Assembly: GCA_965228855.1 (NCBI GenBank)
Contig: CBDDIJ010000005.1
Location: 1,574,443-1,638,442, forward strand
Source of the DNA: Candidatus Obscuribacterales bacterium
Lineage (GTDB): Bacteria > Cyanobacteriota > Vampirovibrionia > Obscuribacterales > Obscuribacteraceae
Direction of reading: 5' to 3'
Length of the DNA: 64,000 bases
Positions 39,476 through 48,245 of this stretch are shown here, piece by piece (within the stretch, counting starts at the first letter, position 1; each line of letters opens with the position of its first letter). Both the position numbers and the translations under genes were made by a program. The notes below the pieces were generated by a model. The model had not been told where the DNA came from. It saw only the letters and a list, made by a program, of their open reading frames with translations, and searched no databases.

Positions 39476-41302
39476 ATGGCTATGCGCAATCTCTCCGTCT
39501 ATCTCAACGACTACTACGTCGGCATGCTTACACAGCTTTTGGATGGGAGGATAGTCCTCGCCTTTGACAAAGCCTATACAAACGACCCGGCGAGACCGAC
39601 TCTTAGTCTTTCATACAAGAATGTAGTCCATGATCTAGCTTCCGGTCGCGACATCGTTTCACCGTCGGGTAAGTTACCTCCGTTCTTTTCCAATCTTTTG
39701 CCGGAAGGGAAGTTGAAGACCTACCTCGCACGGAAAGCCAGTGTGCGTGAAACTCAGGAGTTTTCTCTACTGGCAGCGCTGTCTGACGATTTGCCCGGTG
39801 CTGTAAGGATACATAGTGATGAAAAACCAAGCACTGCTCCAACCGAATCAATAAGTGCAGACGAAGCCACAGACGATTCGACTGAAGGTCAACTACGCTT
39901 CTCACTTGCCGGCGTACAACTGAAGTTTTCCGGCGATCTCGTTCACTCCAAAATCGTGATACCAGCAAGAGGCGTAGGAGGACATTGGATCGTCAAACTT
40001 CCCTCACCTGGGTACCCTAATGTCAACGAATTAGAGTGCTCAATGCTTCGGTTAGCATCAGAAATTGGAATAACCGTTCCCGAATTTCGTCTTGTTCCTC
40101 TCTCCCATTTCGAAAACTTACCCAGGGACCTTCCAGAAGCAACTGATGGAGATTGCCTTCTGTCAAAAAGGTTTGATCGCACCAGCAGCGGTGCCAGAAT
40201 TCACATGGAAGACTTTGCGCAAGTTTTCTCCCTGTTCGAGAAGTATGACGAAAGGTACAACTATCAATCAATTGCAAATGTCCTCTGGCTGGAAACCGGA
40301 CTCGATGATGTGCTCGAATTTGTTCGTCGACTTGTTCACACATTTGCCGTCGGCAACGCAGACATGCACATGAAAAACTGGGCGCTGATTTATCCGGATG
40401 GTCGTCAACCAAAGTTATCGCCAGCCTATGATCTTGTTTCGACGATTGTTTATCCAAACATTCTTCGTTCATTGCCCCACAAAATGGCTGGAATCAAGGA
40501 ATTCAATAAGATCGGAATTGATGCTTTCAAAAATTTTGCGAAAATTGCCAAGCTGCCAGAAAGGCCAATTGTGAAAGTAGCCAATGAGACAGCTGACGCG
40601 ATTAAAGATTCCTGGCCAAAATTGCGCGATGAGCTTCCCATGCCTGAATCGTTCAAACGTTTGATTGAAGAACATATGAAAACGATTCCATTGCTAAACG
40701 AACGCGTCACCATCAATACTTCTGGTGTCAGCACTTCACCGCGCACAACAAACCAGGCAACAGCATTTGTTGAAGCACGCGTTGAGTTCGATAAGAATGT
40801 TCCGCCGCGGACAATAGTTTATCGAAAGGAAGATGGCCGACAAGTAGAGCTACAAGCCCCAAGAAGAATGGTATCCTCACTGGTAAATAAGCAGCTGGGT
40901 GAGTTGATTCACAATCATCCAGACTTCGCAAACCAAGCTTTAACCGCCTTTGTTGGTTTAGAACTATACGACGAATGGCGCAAAGAGACTTTCATTCGAA
41001 TCGAACACCAGCGCGTTGACGATGGTCTCGAACCGAACCGACTAACGGCAGAAGAGATCACGATCAGGGCAACATTGCTTCCTATCAACTGGCGCAAACT
41101 AGAAGAGCACAACAAGTCAGAAGAGCGAAGCGTCATCATCGACTTTCAACTGGCGAATGGCGAGCTTTGGACTTGCGAATGCAAACTGATTTCGCTTAGC
41201 GACATTGAGCTTCACCCAGATGGCAGAAGAACGGCAAAAATTCAATTCAAACCAGGCAAGCCGAAGAAACTAACTCGAATGTCTTCTCAGGAAACAAGTT
41301 AG
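39476..41302 (+). CDS. hipA: HipA-family kinase toxin with ~200-aa C-terminal extension
   Basis: LPPFFSNLLPEG, FSLAGVQLK, WIVKLP, RFDR, HMEDFAQ, GNADMHMKN, LSPAYD. Confidence 0.93.
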   Translation: MAMRNLSVYLNDYYVGMLTQLLDGRIVLAFDKAYTNDPARPTLSLSYKNVVHDLASGRDIVSPSGKLPPFFSNLLPEGKLKTYLARKASVRETQEFSLLAALSDDLPGAVRIHSDEKPSTAPTESISADEATDDSTEGQLRFSLAGVQLKFSGDLVHSKIVIPARGVGGHWIVKLPSPGYPNVNELECSMLRLASEIGITVPEFRLVPLSHFENLPRDLPEATDGDCLLSKRFDRTSSGARIHMEDFAQVFSLFEKYDERYNYQSIANVLWLETGLDDVLEFVRRLVHTFAVGNADMHMKNWALIYPDGRQPKLSPAYDLVSTIVYPNILRSLPHKMAGIKEFNKIGIDAFKNFAKIAKLPERPIVKVANETADAIKDSWPKLRDELPMPESFKRLIEEHMKTIPLLNERVTINTSGVSTSPRTTNQATAFVEARVEFDKNVPPRTIVYRKEDGRQVELQAPRRMVSSLVNKQLGELIHNHPDFANQALTAFVGLELYDEWRKETFIRIEHQRVDDGLEPNRLTAEEITIRATLLPINWRKLEEHNKSEERSVIIDFQLANGELWTCECKLISLSDIELHPDGRRTAKIQFKPGKPKKLTRMSSQETS

Positions 41303-41712
41303 GTGGGGTTCAAACTTCAATGTCATCTCCCGATTCCAAAACTCTACAGCAACTCTAGTGAACAATTCCCGAATGAGGTCGTGGCATGTCGGGATGTCGT
41401 CAGGAAGTTTTTGAGATGCCTCGAAATAGCCTTTGATTGGTGGTTTCTTCATTGTGGTTTGGCTGAAAGGTCATACCTTTACAGATAACGCAGGTCTAGC
41501 CTGCTTCATCTTGAGAGGTATGTGAAAGGTAATATTACTATATTCAGCAGTAAGCACCAAATGTAGTATCAAACTTTCGATTGGCATTTAGCAGTTATAC
41601 AGAAGCGCTCATATATCATGTTTTCGCGAAGAGCTAACCGCCGTGCAACGCGCTCCATTTGCGGCGCGCTGAAAAGATGGTTCACCGGACGGGTACTAAA
41701 AATGAGCTTAAA

Positions 41713-41744
41713 AGTCGGCTCCCCGCTCGAGCGGAGAGCCGACT
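41713..41744. terminator. Palindromic hairpin between the convergent hipBA and RHS units
   Basis: AGTCGGCTCCCCGC-TCGA-GCGGAGAGCCGACT preceded by an A-run (U-tail on the - strand). Confidence 0.7.
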
Positions 41745-41954
41745 AAAACGTTACTGGAAGTCCTCGCTGACCGCTATCTTAATCACCAGACTTGAAGAAT
41801 GTTGGAAAGTATGGCGGGACCAATCTAATAGCAGTAAACAGGACTTTGGCAGGTTTGGCACCAAGAGACCGACTCGCCTCCGTCAAGTCTACACATTCAG
41901 CAGATGCGGGAAACCACCGCCCAAAGCATATTCGCATCGTCCACCTGACGCTGT

Positions 41955-42464
41955 TTATTCGTATCGCAGAACTTTCCGGAGCTCAAATTTTGCACTCTGC
42001 GCGATCGCTCTTCCTCCGTTCGCAAAAGCCGAGAGACTTAGCAGAATAAATAGCAAGCTTGGTCGCATAAACTGAGCAAAGGTACGTACGTCGATCGGCT
42101 GGTCGTTGTGAATTAGTACAACACACCAAACGAGCCACGCCGCACAGAGCATGCTACAGACCTGAACCGTGTGTTTGATCAACGTGGTACGCAACTGAGG
42201 ATAGTGACCAATGGTGAGATACAGAGCCGCTGCCATCAGGACGATTAGGGGTCCATGTCGAGTGAGCGAACTCGCCAAACTTAGCAAAAACAGCTTCGAC
42301 TTAAGCTCGAAGAGGATTTGATCCGCACCATAGAAGTCGCCTCCATATGCGTATACGACGGTTTCGGCTGTTTCCAAAGACGCAGATAGGATCATACCCG
42401 TGAAGATGACGCAGCAAAGGGCTGCATCAGTAATTTTAGTTGAAACCAGAGTGACTTTGGCCAT
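41955..42464 (-). CDS. Putative membrane immunity protein of the RHS toxin
   Basis: Starts 33 bp after the RHS stop on the same strand; about 4 TM helices; role inferred from position. Confidence 0.55.
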   Translation of the reverse strand: MAKVTLVSTKITDAALCCVIFTGMILSASLETAETVVYAYGGDFYGADQILFELKSKLFLLSLASSLTRHGPLIVLMAAALYLTIGHYPQLRTTLIKHTVQVCSMLCAAWLVWCVVLIHNDQPIDVRTFAQFMRPSLLFILLSLSAFANGGRAIAQSAKFELRKVLRYE

Positions 42465-42496
42465 AACGTCAGTATCACTGTGATCGCCGCAAGCTG

Positions 42497-44647
42497 TCAA
42501 GGGAATCGCCACAACTTCGGCCACTTGAAGTTTTTGAGAATATTCGAGCCCGAGTTCCCAATATCCTTGAGGGTGAAGTACGGGTTTTTTCCAAGGTCTT
42601 TCACAGTACGATAATTGTCCTTTGCGTTCCACATGTTCATGTGTTGGTTTTTGTAGTCGAATTTAAAGACATTGCCGTCATCATTAATGGTCCATACGTC
42701 TCTTTTCTTCTGAACTCCTCCTTCATCGAGATCGCCCACCCAATCGAAACCTGCATTTTCTTTGTGCCAACCAAGGCTTGGGTTCGCCCCTTCCGGCGAT
42801 ACATGCGACATGTACACCTTCGTAACTTTTTCGTTCTTGTCAGCCAATTCGGCTGTCGCCTGTCCCGTGTTAATCTTTGTGGCACCGGTAGTAGTGGTTG
42901 GCAGAACCGTTCCTTTGTCACCCATCACGGCGCCATGCTCTAGCCCGGTTTTCTTAGCGCTGTCGTATAGTTTGTCCAGAATTCCAAAGTCAACTCCCTT
43001 CGACTCGAGGGATTCCTTCCAGGGTGACCTGCCCGTCGGGTCAGTAAATGAAAGGGGATCGTTGCTGGCATATGAGTATAGGTTATAACTCACATCGTAC
43101 CCGGCAGGGTCCGCCTGCAAGAATCGGCACAGCGCCGGCGAGTAATAACGTGCCTTGTAGTGATACAACCCAAGTTCGGCGTCAAAACGCTGCCCGGTGA
43201 AACCGAATGTGGTACCAGTCAACGAGGAACTCTGCCCAAACGGCGAGTAAGTGTACTTTCCACTCGCGATGAGTGCCCCAGAGCTGCTCGTCCGCGCAAT
43301 AATCGAACCGAGATGGTCCGCATGCAGATACGTAACAACGTTCGACGCATCGACCACCATGATCGGATCGTCCTTGCCTAACGCGTACACATAGCGACGC
43401 AGCAGCGCGCCAGTCGTATCGTTGTACTCTGCAATTAGCTGGTCACCAGAGTAAACGTACCGCGTCTTAGTGCTACCAACCGTTTTGCGAATCTGCCGAT
43501 TCTCAGCGTCATAATCGAAACTGACCGTGACACTGCCATTGGTGGCACCAATCAGCATATTCTCGGTATTGTACGTGTAAGTCCACGTGCCATCTGACGT
43601 CAAGTTGCCACGTCCATCAGCGTATGCGAGCGTGGAGGCTCCCGCCGTCAGAATCTGGTTAAGGTTGTTCGCTGCACCGTATTCGGTGGTACTGACCGCT
43701 GGCGGTCTCCATTCCCAGCTGCTGTCCGGGAATTTCTGCATCGTCATCTGGTCGACTTTGTTAAACCCATAGCGCCAACTGGCGAGCGCCGGCGCAGGCG
43801 AGCCACCAAACTGAACATCCATCCCAGTCCGACGATCCGCCAAATCATACTGGTAGCTCGTCGTCACACCGTTCGCGAACACCATCTGCGTGCGACGCGA
43901 AAGTTTGTCATAAACGAAACTCGCTGCAGCCGTTGTCGAGCCGTTCAGCTTGATGTTCTCAAGCCGATTGAGCTTGTCGAACGTCCTCTCGACATAATAT
44001 CCATCCGGGTATGTGATCCTCGTGATGTTGCCATTCGGGTCAAGCTGGTAACTGACCTCCTTCGTGTCGGTCGGATTTGCCGGATCGTTCTGATACTTCT
44101 CCTTCACGAGCCGACCTGCAACATCGTACTCACGCGAAAACTTTCCTCTCGCTGGATTTCCAGCAACAGGCGGCGTCGAAACGGAAAGAAGCCGTCCAGC
44201 CAGGTCATAAACATAAGTCTCCGTAGGCTGACCCGTCGGCGTGCGCGTCAGAAGCCGATCATAATCATCAAACGTCTGCGTGATGACGTTCGCACCAGCG
44301 GGCGTCCGCGTGATGACCTTCGTGACCCGATCAGTTTTTCCGAAAGCTGGACCGGTTTCATCGTATTCCCAAGCCTCAAAACTGCCGTCTGGATATTCCA
44401 GTTTGATTTTCCTGTCAAAACCATCATATGTGTAAGTGCTAACGTTGCCCCTCGCATCCTTAATCGTCTTGATCTTGCCGTTGTCCGTGTAAGTCCGAAC
44501 GTCAGCCACGACGCCGTTAGCATCGATAACTTTGACAATCTGATGATTCCGATTGTACTCATACTTAGTGACACGCCCCTCGGCATCTTCAGTGCTGATG
44601 AGCCGATCGAGGCTATCGTACGTATTTTTAGTCACATCGGTTTGCAT
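42497..44647 (-). CDS. N-terminally truncated (orphan) RHS/YD-repeat protein with C-terminal toxin domain
   Basis: Opens directly in YD repeats; RHS core HADHLGS..YSPFG..FTGQRFD..YHYKARYY..RFLQADP..NLYSY..DPLSFTDPTG. Confidence 0.92.
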   Translation of the reverse strand: MQTDVTKNTYDSLDRLISTEDAEGRVTKYEYNRNHQIVKVIDANGVVADVRTYTDNGKIKTIKDARGNVSTYTYDGFDRKIKLEYPDGSFEAWEYDETGPAFGKTDRVTKVITRTPAGANVITQTFDDYDRLLTRTPTGQPTETYVYDLAGRLLSVSTPPVAGNPARGKFSREYDVAGRLVKEKYQNDPANPTDTKEVSYQLDPNGNITRITYPDGYYVERTFDKLNRLENIKLNGSTTAAASFVYDKLSRRTQMVFANGVTTSYQYDLADRRTGMDVQFGGSPAPALASWRYGFNKVDQMTMQKFPDSSWEWRPPAVSTTEYGAANNLNQILTAGASTLAYADGRGNLTSDGTWTYTYNTENMLIGATNGSVTVSFDYDAENRQIRKTVGSTKTRYVYSGDQLIAEYNDTTGALLRRYVYALGKDDPIMVVDASNVVTYLHADHLGSIIARTSSSGALIASGKYTYSPFGQSSSLTGTTFGFTGQRFDAELGLYHYKARYYSPALCRFLQADPAGYDVSYNLYSYASNDPLSFTDPTGRSPWKESLESKGVDFGILDKLYDSAKKTGLEHGAVMGDKGTVLPTTTTGATKINTGQATAELADKNEKVTKVYMSHVSPEGANPSLGWHKENAGFDWVGDLDEGGVQKKRDVWTINDDGNVFKFDYKNQHMNMWNAKDNYRTVKDLGKNPYFTLKDIGNSGSNILKNFKWPKLWRFP

Positions 44648-44933
44648 TCTGCAGTCTTCATGATTCGACTTTCATTGCTTTCGATGCCCATCCGTCAGAA
44701 GAGATCAACCGTATCTTATACATAGATCGTTACGCGCACATGGGCGAGCAGCTCGTCATTGCTGTTAGCTTCAGTCATTTCTTTTCAAACTTGTTGCTTG
44801 CGGAGGGTGACCCATTTTGGCTGGATCCTGCATTTGGGTATGACCCCTTAGGTGTCGGCGAAGTAAGAGAATCAAGCTAAGAAAAATTGCCCGGAGCGAA
44901 GCTCGCACCCGCCCATCCCAATTTAGATTGGTC

Positions 44934-45052
44934 AGACAGCGAAGAGCGTTTCTGCCTACCCCGACAAAATCAAACGCTCCATGCCGCAAGACGGCACCTA
45001 CATTTTCAAACGGCTGACCGCCGGTTTCAAAACGCTCAAGTCGCCACACTGA
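44934..45052 (+). pseudogene. Displaced or duplicated 3' fragment of the TPR-HExxH gene
   Basis: Translates [38 protein letters not shown] versus the gene's [38 protein letters not shown]. Confidence 0.85.
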
Positions 45053-45088
45053 TTTGTGAAAGTCGAATCGACGGTGCAGACGAATTGC

Positions 45089-46282
45089 TCAGCTCCCATG
45101 AAGTTTTCTTCTGAGTCTAGAGCGAGAACTCATTAGCGTCTTTCGGAAATTGGCAACTTGCACATTCCGTTGCACACAGGTAGATGCGTTCTCACACGCC
45201 TCGATGGCACGTTCGCTATGGCGCATCGCCTGCGCAAGATCCTGTTGCTTCTCTTCTAGTATCGCTAAGCATGCCAGAGCATACGCTTTAAAAAGATAGG
45301 TCTTCGCTTTGTTAATGGCATCGATAGATTCAACGAGAACCGATTCATCATAGAGCTTTACTGCAGTAGCTAAATCGGCTTTTGCACTAGTCTTTCGCCC
45401 AACCAAATTGAAGAGATCTCCTTTCAAAATTGGTGAATCTGCTGCCAGTGAATTAGAAGTTCGAAGATCATCGCATGCTTTAAGTGCTGTCAGTCGAGTA
45501 ACTTCCATAGACGCCGTTTCTCCTGCACTAGCCTGAAGGACCGCTAGCGAGGTGAGGCCGTTGATCTTAGAAATTAGAAGTTCTGAAGAAAATTTTTGTT
45601 TCAAATTCTCGTCACAGAATCTAATCGCATCAGCACATGCAGATGGCCGTTCCAATGTTGGTACTACCGATACTTTATCAAGCAACGCCTTAGCTTTGCC
45701 TAAAACCGCGCCAGCACTTTCACTTTCGGAATCCATCACGTCGTCATAAAGGCGCAGAGAGCGCGACAAAGCTTCGCTTGCCCCCTCCAGATCGTGCGAG
45801 ATAAGGTAAGCGCATGCAAGCCGTTCGTAAATTTCAGCCTCCAATATGTGAAACCTTGGGGGACTTGAACGCTCGTCGACATCTTTTAGTGTAGCTAGCG
45901 CCTCGTCGTAGCATTTTCGAGCCGCAGAAAGCTCCAAAAGAAATGCTCTCAAAATTCCGAGCTGTTTGAGGGCCAGAGCTTTGGAATACTTCGTCTCCAG
46001 ATCGAACTGAGCTTGTGTCGAGCAAATCCTGATTGCCCTTTTGTAACATTGCAGAGCTTGCCGAATCTTACCTCGCTTGACGAAAAGTCGCCCCTCAGCA
46101 GTCGCGTGGTTGGCTCTGACGGAAACAGACTTCTCATCAAGTTCGGAATCGGAGCACGCCGTTTCCCTCGATGAGATAGTGGACTTCTCAGAATCATACG
46201 ATTGCTGGTCTTGCCCAAAGGCTCTCGAACAAGAACCAATTAGGAAAGAGATTCCCAGACAACAAATCATCACATATTTCAC
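45089..46282 (-). CDS. Exported TPR-like helical-repeat protein
   Basis: Signal peptide; ALQCYKRAI, ARKCYDEAL, ASEALSRSL, AMRHSERAI. Confidence 0.7.
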   Translation of the reverse strand: MKYVMICCLGISFLIGSCSRAFGQDQQSYDSEKSTISSRETACSDSELDEKSVSVRANHATAEGRLFVKRGKIRQALQCYKRAIRICSTQAQFDLETKYSKALALKQLGILRAFLLELSAARKCYDEALATLKDVDERSSPPRFHILEAEIYERLACAYLISHDLEGASEALSRSLRLYDDVMDSESESAGAVLGKAKALLDKVSVVPTLERPSACADAIRFCDENLKQKFSSELLISKINGLTSLAVLQASAGETASMEVTRLTALKACDDLRTSNSLAADSPILKGDLFNLVGRKTSAKADLATAVKLYDESVLVESIDAINKAKTYLFKAYALACLAILEEKQQDLAQAMRHSERAIEACENASTCVQRNVQVANFRKTLMSSRSRLRRKLHGS

Positions 46283-46572
46283 GGTCGGATAACGTCTGCA
46301 AAGTCACCTCCTCTCATCTTAGCAGTAATGGAGGCAAGCCAGTTACACGCTGGCGCCGGCTCCAGGCAAGATTTGAAACGGTAATTTCAACTTGCTTCAC
46401 TGCTCAACAGAGCTTCTGAGAATAGAAACCTTTCTGTGCTTCGACATGAAGGGTCAGGCGTTAGATGGCATCGCCAGAATCGAGTCTCAGTGCAGGAATT
46501 TTCATGTCGCCCGCCAATTTTAAGACAGTACAGACATAGTCTAGAATAAAACTACTATCGCGAGGCACCGCA

Positions 46573-47424
46573 ATGCAAGCAGCAGATTCAAACCTCCAAG
46601 TGCACGACCACACAGCGAGAATCAAACGCGCAGCACAAGCAATCAAAGGTGCTGATGCTTTGCTAATCGGCGCTGGTGCCGGAATGAGCGTCGATTCCGG
46701 TTTGCCCGACTTTCGAGGCACGACTGGTTTCTGGAAAGCTTATCCGCCCTTCCGCGGAAAAACATACGCAGAGATCGCCAGTCCTAATCTGATGGAAAAC
46801 GATCCACATCAAGCATGGGGTTTCTATGCTCACTGTATGAAGCTCTACCGAGAAACCACACCTCATGCCGGCTTTCAGACCATAAAGCGCTGGACAAAAC
46901 AAATTTTAAGTGACTATTTTGTTTTCACCAGTAACGTCGACGGACACTTTGCTAGCGAAGGTTTTGAGCCAGAGCGAATCCTAGAGATTCACGGCTCAAA
47001 TCACTTCATGCAATGCTCGAGAGGCCTTCGATGCAGTGCGGAAATTTGGTCCGCCGACGAGGTCAATGTAGAAGTCGATGAAGAGACATTCCGCGCCGTC
47101 GGCGAACTGCCTCGATGCAAAAACTGCGAAGCAATTTCCAGACCAAACCTGCTTATGTTCGGAGACAAGGCGTGGATTCCATTGCGAACCGTCCAGCAAG
47201 AAAACTTTTACGCAGATTGGTCGCAATCAGTGAAAAACAAAAACGTCGTCGCCATCGAATTCGGTGCGGGCACCGCCGTTCCCACAGTCCGTTACGAATG
47301 CCAAAAGCGCAGTCGAACTCTAATCCGTGTCAATCCGCGCGATTACATCGGTCCAGCTGAAGCAATTTCGATTCCACTCAGAGCGCTGGAAACAATCAAC
47401 GCTATCGATGAGTTTTTGAGATAG
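46573..47424 (+). CDS. Sir2-family NAD-dependent protein deacylase
   Basis: GAGAGMSVDSGLPDFRG, TSNVDGHF, EIHGS, Cys pairs (QCSRGLRC, RCKNC), RPNLLMFGD, GAGTAVPTVR, VNP. Confidence 0.93.
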   Translation: MQAADSNLQVHDHTARIKRAAQAIKGADALLIGAGAGMSVDSGLPDFRGTTGFWKAYPPFRGKTYAEIASPNLMENDPHQAWGFYAHCMKLYRETTPHAGFQTIKRWTKQILSDYFVFTSNVDGHFASEGFEPERILEIHGSNHFMQCSRGLRCSAEIWSADEVNVEVDEETFRAVGELPRCKNCEAISRPNLLMFGDKAWIPLRTVQQENFYADWSQSVKNKNVVAIEFGAGTAVPTVRYECQKRSRTLIRVNPRDYIGPAEAISIPLRALETINAIDEFLR

Positions 47425-47479
47425 AAAGCGGCTCCCATCGGCTAGAGAGAAACACATCCAAACAAGTCCACGGGATATC

Positions 47480-47845
47480 TCAAGCAACCAGCGGAACGAC
47501 AATCTCAACCTCGTCCCAGGGCACGATTAACTTCTTGTCGCCATCCTTCTGGATAATCTCAAGTTGCGCAAGTTGTTTGACGTCCTCGTGAACGTTGGCA
47601 TAGGCTCGGTTAAGCGACGCAGCGAGTTTCCTACAGCTCAAGGGACCGCTCTTCTTTAAATACTTGAGCAACTCCATCCGCTTGGGCGAGAGTGCGCTGA
47701 ACAGGTCTTCTTCGCTTGTGAAGTAAACACGGTGGATCGGATCCTCAGATGGCGAGCCGGCTTCTGCTTTCCTAAATGCCATGCGAACAGCCTTTTTGAA
47801 CTCTTCGAGACTGCATATTGTTATCAAAATTTTCCGTCTAGTCAT
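47480..47845 (-). CDS. HVO_A0114-like winged-HTH DNA-binding protein, putative antitoxin
   Basis: LSPKRMELL..GPLS.RKLA..L.RAY.NVH.DV..L..L.II..VPWD; overlaps the upstream gene by 8 bp. Confidence 0.8.
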   Translation of the reverse strand: MTRRKILITICSLEEFKKAVRMAFRKAEAGSPSEDPIHRVYFTSEEDLFSALSPKRMELLKYLKKSGPLSCRKLAASLNRAYANVHEDVKQLAQLEIIQKDGDKKLIVPWDEVEIVVPLVA

Positions 47846-48137
47846 CTTGATTCTTCTCCAGAATTCCGTCCACGTCGGGCCAAAAATCATCTAGCAAACT
47901 ATCTAGGTCCTGAAACGAATAAGGCTCTTCCACGCTCCCAACGTGCTTGTGATCACCTTTGCCTGCCTCGTTATCGTATCTGATCAAGGTGACACCATCT
48001 GCAGTGCAAAAGTTGAGTCGGTACTTCAGCCCATGAGGTCGCTCTTCTGATGGTTCCGGCAACTGCCAAATCACAACCGAAACAATCGAGCCATCTGCAA
48101 ACCTAATTTTCTGATTCGCGTACTGCTTCGCCTTCAT
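47838..48137 (-). CDS. DUF6516-family protein, putative toxin
   Basis: IWQLPEP..RPHGLKYRL, IRYDNEAGKGDHKH, PYSF..LDSLLDDF. Confidence 0.82.
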   Translation of the reverse strand: MKAKQYANQKIRFADGSIVSVVIWQLPEPSEERPHGLKYRLNFCTADGVTLIRYDNEAGKGDHKHVGSVEEPYSFQDLDSLLDDFWPDVDGILEKNQDD

Positions 48138-48245
48138 ATAGCCCAGTATACTATATAGCCCACAAAGCTATCAACAAGCGTAAAAACGAATATGGACAAC
48201 GAGAGGCTGGTTATCCGTTCAAGAAGCAAAAGACAAATGCCAACG

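Larger units (their letters stand above)
38886..45052. mobile_element. Putative integrated cassette (6,048-bp offset) bounded by duplicated 3' end of the TPR-HExxH gene
   Basis: 38886-38988 matches 44934-45036 without gaps (12 mismatches in 103 by eye; 33-bp identical core 38931-63/44979-45011); stop codons align (39002 and 45050); no recombinase gene inside. Confidence 0.6.

Noticed and set aside
38886..45052. Diversity-generating retroelement TR/VR pair
   Set aside because: A ~100-bp repeat at a gene 3' end is superficially DGR-like, but mismatches are not confined to adenines in either copy and no reverse transcriptase is in the window.
46573..47424. Sir2 as an anti-phage NADase (Thoeris/DSR/pAgo-associated)
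   Set aside because: Stand-alone 283-aa sirtuin with a zinc-binding module and no sensor domain or partner gene; looks like an ordinary deacylase.
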